Position numbers and translations under genes: made by a program
Shown here: piece after piece, positions 18,448-24,000 of the stretch
Layout of the letters: every line of letters starts with the position of its first letter
Numbering within the stretch: the first letter of the stretch is position 1
Assembly (NCBI GenBank): GCA_964610875.1
Contig: CAZSWP010000003.1
Location: 101,148-125,147 of the forward strand
Source: an uncultured archaeon
Lineage (GTDB): Archaea; Asgardarchaeota; Thorarchaeia; Thorarchaeales; Thorarchaeaceae
Direction: 5' to 3'
DNA length: 24,000 nt
Notes under the pieces: model-generated
The model's input: the letters and a program-made list of their open reading frames with translations, nothing else
What the model was told of the DNA's origin: nothing
The model's database searches: none

Positions 18448-18570
18448 CCTGACAATTTGAAAGAGTGCTTTTACTGTAGACAGATTTTTGAATGGTACTT
18501 CTCTAGCCAGACATAATCAGAAAGAATATGTTCTGATTTTGTAGAGTCATCTCAGGAGTGGTAGTAACAA

Positions 18571-19776
18571 ATGGTTCTCGCATTCAAAACCCTTGATGAT
18601 GTTGATGTCAAAGGAAAAAGAGTTCTCGTTCGGTTAGATATCAATTGTTCTGTTGAGCCGGATACTAAGGAGATACTGGATGACACTAGAATTGTGGCTG
18701 CTCTCCCTACCTTGAATGAATTATCCGAGAGCAAAGTCGTACTCATGGCACACCAAGGTCGTCCTGGTAGCGATGATTTCATCTCTCTAGAACCACATAC
18801 TGAGATTCTAAAGGAAAAAGGGATCAATGCACACTTTATCGATGACATCTTTGGTGATAAAGCAAAGCAGGCAATCAAAGCACTAGAAGATGGAGAAGTC
18901 CTAGTACTTCAAAATGTTAGATATTTTGACGGTGAACTCAAGAAGGCACCTCCTGAAGAGGTTGCAAAGGAGCCCTTGGTACAGGAGATCTATCCTCTAT
19001 TTGACCTATTTGTCAATGACGCATTTGGAGCTGCTCACCGTTCTCAAGCCTCTCTTGTTGGCTTCACAACTGTGTTGCCTTCCGTTGCTGGTAGATTGGT
19101 GGAAAAAGAGATACGTACATTGAAATCAGCGACCGAGACTGAGAAGTATCCTTGGACGCTACTGTTAGGAGGAAGTAAAGTAGAAGACAAGGTGAAGATT
19201 TTAGACAAACTACTAAGTGTAGAGCGTGTAGATCATGCCCTCCTTGGTGGACTTATCGGAACATTGTTTTTAATCGCAAATGGTGAAATATCTGAAACAT
19301 ATTCCAGACCTATCAAAGGATATAGTAAATCCGTTGAAACGGCAAGGACCCTTTTGGATAAATACCCAAAAGTAATCAGCCTTCCAAAAGATGCTGCAGT
19401 AGAGAGAAATAGGGAAAGAATTGAATGCAGTTTTGAAGAGATGAATGAAGCCCCCTTCTATGATATCGGTAGCAAGACAATAAACGAGTATGTGGAAATA
19501 ATCAAGGAGTCCGCAGTAGTATTTGCTAATGGTCCAATGGGCTTTTTTGAGAAAACACCATTTGCTCTGGGCACGGAAAAGACTCTAGATGCCATTGCAT
19601 CATGTCAGGGAATCACTGTGGTTGGTGGTGGTCACCTCGGATCAATGGCTGAAAAGAAGAAGCTGGATGATAAAATCACTCACATTAGCACAGGTGGTGG
19701 TGCAACTATAAACTTCCTCACAGGTAAAAAGTTGGAAGTGATAGCTGCCCTAGAGCAAGCTGCCAAACGGATGTGA
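18571..19776 (+). CDS. pgk: Phosphoglycerate kinase
   Basis: KGKRVLVRLDINCSVE, LMAHQGRPG, LVNDAFGAAHRSQASLVGF, LLGGSKVEDK and the C-terminal GHLGSMAEKKKLDDKITHISTGGGA. Confidence 0.95.
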   Translation: MVLAFKTLDDVDVKGKRVLVRLDINCSVEPDTKEILDDTRIVAALPTLNELSESKVVLMAHQGRPGSDDFISLEPHTEILKEKGINAHFIDDIFGDKAKQAIKALEDGEVLVLQNVRYFDGELKKAPPEEVAKEPLVQEIYPLFDLFVNDAFGAAHRSQASLVGFTTVLPSVAGRLVEKEIRTLKSATETEKYPWTLLLGGSKVEDKVKILDKLLSVERVDHALLGGLIGTLFLIANGEISETYSRPIKGYSKSVETARTLLDKYPKVISLPKDAAVERNRERIECSFEEMNEAPFYDIGSKTINEYVEIIKESAVVFANGPMGFFEKTPFALGTEKTLDAIASCQGITVVGGGHLGSMAEKKKLDDKITHISTGGGATINFLTGKKLEVIAALEQAAKRM

Positions 19777-19782
19777 ATTCAA

Positions 19783-20076
19783 TTGCAGACAGCAGCTGAT
19801 CTATCATTCTGGATGCCAGTCATTTACCTATTCATAATCAATATCATTGCATTTTTCGCCATGTGGTGGGACAAGAGAAAGGCATCTCAAAATGCATGGC
19901 GTATTGCCGAAGCAACTCTTCATATCATAGGCTTCATGGGTGGTGCTTTAGGCATTTTTGGCGGAATGTACAAATTCAGACACAAGACCCAGAAGAGAAT
20001 ATTCCAAGGCATTGCAATAGTCAGTCTTATTGTTTCTCTTGTGATATACTGGTTCATAGCAAACATGTACATATAA
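19783..20076 (+). CDS. DUF1294-family small membrane protein
   Basis: NIIAFFAMWWDKRKASQNAWRIAEATLHIIGFMGGALGIFGGMYKFRHKTQKRIF has the DKR...RI.E...GG..G...RHKT pattern. Confidence 0.75.
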   Translation: MQTAADLSFWMPVIYLFIINIIAFFAMWWDKRKASQNAWRIAEATLHIIGFMGGALGIFGGMYKFRHKTQKRIFQGIAIVSLIVSLVIYWFIANMYI

Positions 20077-20169
20077 TATTGTAATACTTGTATTACCATC
20101 TTTCATCCCATGAATTGTAAAAAGAAGTAATGGAGCCTCGGCCGAGATTTGAACTCGGGATCTCCTGAT

Positions 20170-20200
20170 TTCTTGATCAAGAGACGGCAGTCTTCTGACG
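20170..20200 (-). other. tRNA-Thr intron at 37/38 (31 nt)
   Basis: BHB central helix CTTG pairs CAAG (4/4), bulges TA|C and AA|A, inner helix GTCAG/TTGAT. Confidence 0.87.
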
Positions 20201-20214
20201 TACAAGTCAGGCGC

Positions 20215-20249
20215 ATTCTAGGGAGTGATCCAAACCATGGTCACAACCT
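20215..20249 (-). other. tRNA-Thr non-canonical D-arm intron (35 nt, about position 23/24)
   Basis: BHB central helix TCTA pairs TAGA (4/4), bulges AG|A and AT|G, inner GG/CC plus GTGA/TCAC. Removal gives D-arm GCTAAGTGGTCTAAGGC with G18G19 and A21 in place. Confidence 0.78.
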
Positions 20250-20336
20250 CTTAGACCACTTAGCTACCGAGGCATATACATGCGAAAAACTGAACCGATT
20301 ATAGAGTTTTCGTCGAGTACACAAGAAATTCATCAT

Positions 20337-20984
20337 TTACTTATCATGATATACATTGTCAATGATAATTGCGTACGCGAGAAGCATCAGTCGTGGTGCA
20401 TCAGGGTCAGCAATATGAATGACATATCTGTCCCTGAAATTGAATGAGGGCGCAAACACATCTTGCCACTTATCACCTTTCTTGATTTCAGCATAGACCT
20501 GTTTCTTGTCTTTGGGGTCTGTGATGGTGAAGTTCCACTTGGTTACTCCACCCTGCGCTTTGTATATCATCTTGTCATCAGCATCATACATGTCAATAGA
20601 TCCTCGAAAAGCAATCATTGGGCGTTTTGCTCTTCCAATGAGTTCACCATCTTTATCCTTTACATCATATATTGGCCGAGTACTGATGAGTTTCTTGTTA
20701 ATAGTACATAACAAGGTATCATCTGCATCCAGTATGCTGATCTCGGCACGCATAGAGAGAAGTTTTCTCTTCATCGTGCCTATCTTTTGACCTTGGGGAT
20801 TGGATATATCGCCGCCACCGAATTTCCATGATTTCTCCATGAGTACATAGTGTTCAATTGATCTGTCTAATAGTGTCAACATGGGGCACCATATTCTAAG
20901 ATATATAAGGCAATATAAGATAATGCTGTAAATAGGTAGTACAACAAGCACATGTTTATCAGGCAAAGAGTATACAATAACCAT
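20337..20984 (-). CDS. LURP-one-related/tubby-C-like beta-barrel protein (start uncertain, probably internal)
   Basis: Phospholipid-scramblase/LOR-like pattern: SWKFGGGDISNPQGQKIGTMKRKLLSMRAEISILDADDTLLCTINKK and SIDMYDADDKMIYKAQG. Confidence 0.6.
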   Translation of the reverse strand: MVIVYSLPDKHVLVVLPIYSIILYCLIYLRIWCPMLTLLDRSIEHYVLMEKSWKFGGGDISNPQGQKIGTMKRKLLSMRAEISILDADDTLLCTINKKLISTRPIYDVKDKDGELIGRAKRPMIAFRGSIDMYDADDKMIYKAQGGVTKWNFTITDPKDKKQVYAEIKKGDKWQDVFAPSFNFRDRYVIHIADPDAPRLMLLAYAIIIDNVYHDK

Positions 20985-21116
20985 GAAGGCGAGTATCCCT
21001 CAGGCATGAACCCGCGTACCACGCCTGTAGTACAAACCCTAAATGGTAGACGAGAAAGCTAAAATAGCGCTCATATAATGCCAATCGTAAGATGATTTAC
21101 CAGTAGGTGAAGGTAG

Positions 21117-22160
21117 TTGCAGCAACCCCTCGATACATTCTTCCAATACGTATATGGATTCTTTAACATACTATCAGATATGCTACAACCACTGGGTATT
21201 CCTTTAGGACCTGGTGATTGGTTTTTCCTAATCTATACTATAGTTTTTGTAGCAATAATAGCTGCAATCGCACGTCGAGGTGGCAGCGGTAAGAGTGATG
21301 TTTCTGCTGGTGTCACACGTATCATTGCCTCTACTGGTGACGTTTCAGCTGGGATGACTGGTACAAAGAAACTTAGTTTTCTGAAGACTCCTGGCGATGC
21401 GTTAGTATTCCTTAGGGTAGAGGAAAACGCTGTTCAACAAGCAATCACAGCTGTCGAATATTATGCCCAACAAGGCGAACTTGACGATTCAATGAAGGAT
21501 CTTCTCATTGCAGTCTATCAGACTCGACTTGATGGTGTCCGTGCGGCAATGGCAAAGGACGAAGAACTCAAGGAGATTGTTGACACCGATGCAGCAATGG
21601 ATAGGGCACGTTCTGATTACTTGAGAAAACTTGCTGCCATGTCTGGGACTGCAGTCGAATCTGATGAAGAGCAAGCTGGACCTCCAAGTGTTGGTATGCC
21701 TGATTCTGCTGAAACCACAACCACAACAGTTGCGGCATCCACACCAGATACAGCACCAAGTGGTGGACCTCCAGGTGGTACAACACCAAGCGGCGGCCCT
21801 CCGGGTGGTGCAGCACCAAGTGGTGGACCTCCTGGCGGTGCTCGCCCAAGCGGTGGACCTCCAGCAGGCGGCCCACCCAACGGTGCAGCTCCTAGTAGTG
21901 GTCCACCAGGTGGCGCAGCACCAAGCGGCAGTCCTTCGGCAGGTGAAACAACTCCTAGTGGTCCACCAGGTGGTGCAGCTCCAAGTGGCGGCCCTCCGGG
22001 TGGTGCAGCTCCAGGCGGAGGAGCTCCTAGTAGCGGTCCACCAGGTGGTGCAGCACCAAGTGGTAGTCCCTCACCAGGTGGTGCAACTGGCAAGAGTTCA
22101 TTACAATCCGAGATGCTTGCAGAGATGGAACGGCTCAAAGCCCTAATGAGTGGAGATTAG
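21117..22160 (+). CDS. Membrane-anchored hypothetical protein with Pro/Ser/Gly/Ala-rich repeat C-terminal region
   Basis: N-terminal TM segment WFFLIYTIVFVAIIAAIARR, helical middle domain, then repeated A-P-S-G-G-P-P-G-G-A units and a charged tail (SSLQSEMLAEMERLKALMSGD). Confidence 0.78.
   Translation: MQQPLDTFFQYVYGFFNILSDMLQPLGIPLGPGDWFFLIYTIVFVAIIAAIARRGGSGKSDVSAGVTRIIASTGDVSAGMTGTKKLSFLKTPGDALVFLRVEENAVQQAITAVEYYAQQGELDDSMKDLLIAVYQTRLDGVRAAMAKDEELKEIVDTDAAMDRARSDYLRKLAAMSGTAVESDEEQAGPPSVGMPDSAETTTTTVAASTPDTAPSGGPPGGTTPSGGPPGGAAPSGGPPGGARPSGGPPAGGPPNGAAPSSGPPGGAAPSGSPSAGETTPSGPPGGAAPSGGPPGGAAPGGGAPSSGPPGGAAPSGSPSPGGATGKSSLQSEMLAEMERLKALMSGD
21753..22084 (+). repeat. Imperfect tandem repeat, about 30-nt unit, encoding (A/T)PSGGPPGG(A/T)
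   Basis: Near-identical blocks such as gcaccaagtggtggacctccaggtggt recur about every 30 nt, with degenerate units such as PSSGPPGG, PSGSPSAGE and GGGAPSSG. Confidence 0.9.
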
Positions 22161-22307
22161 ATCTCCCCTCCTATTATCTTTCAGAATACTTTGTATAATA
22201 GAGCATAGTATACCAATACAGATTACAAATTCTATTCACATTTTTATCGTATATACTAACAAAACTATCCTTCTGTGATTAATAAGTCGAAAATTGGACT
22301 ATAAGGT

Positions 22308-22523
22308 ATGACCGTCGAGAAGTGGCGTCTTGTTGGTGGCCTCATCTATAAGTTGGCCGATGTGTTCGAAAGTGGACGTGATGCCATACTTCTCGCTAGG
22401 ACGCTTAAGAAAGACCGATGTGTTGTCATATCAAAGACTGTCGAAGGCCGATGGGCAGTCTACTGGAGAGCGAGGGTTGAGGCTCAATCAACTTGTGAAC
22501 AACTGTATCCCACCACCGCATAA
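22308..22523 (+). CDS. Small hypothetical protein (71 aa)
   Basis: ATG start and basic/amphipathic composition (MTVEKWRLVGGLIYKLADVFESGRDAILLARTLKK); no recognised family. Confidence 0.4.
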   Translation: MTVEKWRLVGGLIYKLADVFESGRDAILLARTLKKDRCVVISKTVEGRWAVYWRARVEAQSTCEQLYPTTA

Positions 22524-22627
22524 GACACCTCACGCCTTCCTGAATTCCTTCCCCTCGCTCTCCTTGGAAAGAATTTTGAGTATATTACATACAGAGCAGA
22601 TATCACTAGAATTTGAGTTGGTACTAG

Positions 22628-23311
22628 ATGTCACAAGTAAAACGCAATGCTGCAGAGAGTGCGGTGAAACTTATTCCGGAAAGCGGTGCTATCGGTCTTG
22701 GCAGTGGTTCAACTGTTGCAATATTTGCTGAGATACTGGGACAACAGATTGCTGATGGAAAAGTCGATGTAAGTATCGTGCCCAGTTCATATCAAGCATA
22801 CCAACTTGCAGTCGAGTATAATATACCCCTCACCACTCTCGATATCAATCCTACTCTATTACTCACAGTAGATGGTGCTGATGAAGTCGACAAGGAGCTC
22901 AATCTCACAAAGGGTGGTGGAGGTGCTCTATTTCAAGAGAAAATTGTAGCGTCCGCCTCTGAACAGCTCATCATAATTGTGGACGAGTCCAAGCTGGTGG
23001 ACCATCTTGCAACGAGATTCGACATCCCCATTGAGGTCCTCCCGTTCTCTCTTGGGGTTGTACGACGACGGATTGAAGCAATGGGAATCACACCCAATGT
23101 ACGGATTGCTGAGAGAAAGATGGGTCCTATTGTCACAGACAATGGTAATTTCATACTTGACCTCAAATTCTCAGAGCCAATCAAGGACCCAGCTAAAGTC
23201 GCAGTTGATTTAAAGATGATTCCTGGTGTCGTTGAAACCGGCTTATTTGTGGGAATGACTGATGAAGTACATGTAGGTACTGAAGATAGTGTATATGTTC
23301 TCAAGAAATAA
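22628..23311 (+). CDS. rpiA: Ribose-5-phosphate isomerase A
   Basis: IGLGSGSTVAIFAEILG, LTVDGADEVDKELNLTKGGGGAL, EKIVASAS and IIVDESKLVD. Confidence 0.95.
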   Translation: MSQVKRNAAESAVKLIPESGAIGLGSGSTVAIFAEILGQQIADGKVDVSIVPSSYQAYQLAVEYNIPLTTLDINPTLLLTVDGADEVDKELNLTKGGGGALFQEKIVASASEQLIIIVDESKLVDHLATRFDIPIEVLPFSLGVVRRRIEAMGITPNVRIAERKMGPIVTDNGNFILDLKFSEPIKDPAKVAVDLKMIPGVVETGLFVGMTDEVHVGTEDSVYVLKK

Positions 23312-23315
23312 TGAA

Positions 23316-23415
23316 TGGCGGGCCCGCGCGGATTTGAACCGCGGATCCCTTGCTTACTCCAGATTGTAAATTATCTTAGGAGGCAAGTGCCCGATCCAGG
23401 CTAGGCTACGGGCCC
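23316..23415 (-). tRNA. tRNA-Arg (anticodon CCT) with canonical intron, encoded CCA
   Basis: Reverse complement: acceptor GGGCCCG/CGGGCCC, G73, CCA. Anticodon stem CTTGC/GCAAG, loop CTCCTA+A. T-arm CGCGG-TTCAAAT-CCGCG. Confidence 0.92.
23355..23376 (-). other. tRNA-Arg intron at 37/38 (22 nt)
   Basis: BHB central helix CTCC pairs GGAG (4/4), bulges TA|A and TA|A; the intron is AGATAATTTACAATCTGGAGTA. Confidence 0.87.
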
Positions 23416-23473
23416 CTCAGAAACGTTTTCGCTCTTGAGATACTTATAGAGTCTTCGTTAGGCTTTCAGAATA

Positions 23474-24000
23474 CTATTCTGCAACACGTGCAGTTATTGT
23501 AGCGCCTTCTTCCAGTGCATCCACAATCATACTGCCTTGTCTAGTCTTTATCCTGATTGAACTCTCTCCATTTCTGCCAATGACAGTGGTAAGCATGTAG
23601 TTATCATCAGCATAGATTTCCAGACGTTGTTTTGCATATTTTCTGCCAGCGTAAATTGTTACTTTCTTCTTTGAATAACTGATTGACACTGGTACAGTTT
23701 CACCAGGCACTCCTTTCTTTGGAAACCTACCTCTATCCCTAGCATCTGTTTTTCGTGTACTCACAGGGACTACTACCTTTTCACCACCAAAAGTGAAGAT
23801 TTCATACTCTAAGTACCCATTCTCAAAATCCCGGACTTCTACAACAGGTCTTGCGAGGTCTCTCTGAGAACTGCTCATCCCTGTTGGAAGTTTGACCTTG
23901 AGGGATAATGAAGACACTTTGGCGACCTGTCCGGCTTCAATATGTATCACAGTATCAACAGTGCTGGGTAACTGGCCCAACTCTACTCGTCCACCAAGAA
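23474..24000 (-). CDS. C-terminal part of an archaeal PIN-domain/KH ATPase (PilT/VirB11-like, PINA/COG1855-like), truncated by the window edge
   Basis: LGGRVELGQLPSTVDTVIHIEAG, VKLPTGMSSSQRDLARPVVEVRDFENGYLEYEIFTFGGEKVVVPV and a KH-like C-terminus. The frame is open through 24000, so TTG 23980 is not the real start. Confidence 0.75.
   Translation of the reverse strand, partial: LGGRVELGQLPSTVDTVIHIEAGQVAKVSSLSLKVKLPTGMSSSQRDLARPVVEVRDFENGYLEYEIFTFGGEKVVVPVSTRKTDARDRGRFPKKGVPGETVPVSISYSKKKVTIYAGRKYAKQRLEIYADDNYMLTTVIGRNGESSIRIKTRQGSMIVDALEEGATITARVAE

Larger units (their letters stand above)
20131..20273 (-). tRNA. tRNA-Thr (anticodon TGT) with two introns, encoded CCA
   Basis: Reverse complement: acceptor GCCTCGG/CCGAGGC, T73, CCA. 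Anticodon stem CCTGA/TCAGG, anticodon at 20202-20204. T-arm CCGAG-TTCAAAT-CTCGG. Removing both introns leaves a standard 74-nt tRNA. Confidence 0.88.

Noticed and set aside
18571-20076. pgk with DUF1294 gene as a functional operon system
   Set aside because: The two are close and same-strand, but nothing beyond proximity supports a functional link.
19948-20205. 85-aa minus-strand ORF (MYVRRLPSLDQEIRRSRVQISAEAPLLL...)
   Set aside because: Reads through the tRNA-Thr gene in the same direction; RRSRVQISAEAP is a translation of tRNA sequence.
21617-22146. Antisense 173-aa ORF and alternate-frame 171-aa and 102-aa ORFs over the repeat
   Set aside because: Stop-free alternate frames are expected from the GC-rich periodic repeat. 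The 347-aa frame has a sensible non-repetitive N-terminus and a TM segment.
22330-22731. 133-aa plus-strand ORF
   Set aside because: Overlaps the 71-aa ORF and the start of rpiA in a different frame; no recognisable family.
22933-23304. 123-aa minus-strand ORF
   Set aside because: Fully antisense to conserved rpiA.
1-24000. CRISPR arrays, transposons, integrases, toxin-antitoxin or phage genes
   Set aside because: No regularly spaced direct repeats, transposase or integrase motifs or phage proteins were seen. The only tandem repeat is in coding sequence.

Overview
This 24 kb window appears to be ordinary archaeal chromosome. Archaeal markers are GatD/GatE, TFE, MBF1, archaeal NAC, PAN, A-type ATP synthase subunit D and BHB-type tRNA introns. 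The lineage cannot be fixed from sequence alone; Asgard/Thorarchaeota-like is only a guess. Most genes are housekeeping: NDP-forming acyl-CoA synthetase alpha, A-ATPase D, NAC, Trm5/Taw2-like methyltransferase, PAN, MBF1, TFE, DUF2110-like, TlyA-like, GH1, GDT1-like, GatDE, PurH, PGK, DUF1294, LURP-one-like, RpiA, and the C-terminus of a PIN/KH ATPase. I found no mobile element, CRISPR array or obvious defence island. The best-supported unusual result is that all five tRNA genes (Val-TAC, Leu-TAA, Met-CAT, Thr-TGT, Arg-CCT) contain introns, six in total. Two of these are at non-canonical positions: in the D-arm of tRNA-Thr and near position 44/45 of tRNA-Val. I hand-checked four-pair central helices for five of the six. 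Secondary leads are a translationally coupled AAA+ ATPase with a small RHH-like protein (2742..4039 minus), a membrane-anchored Pro/Ser/Gly-rich repeat protein (21117..22160), a TFE with a degenerate first zinc knuckle, and a recurring intergenic GTAATAC-type inverted repeat.
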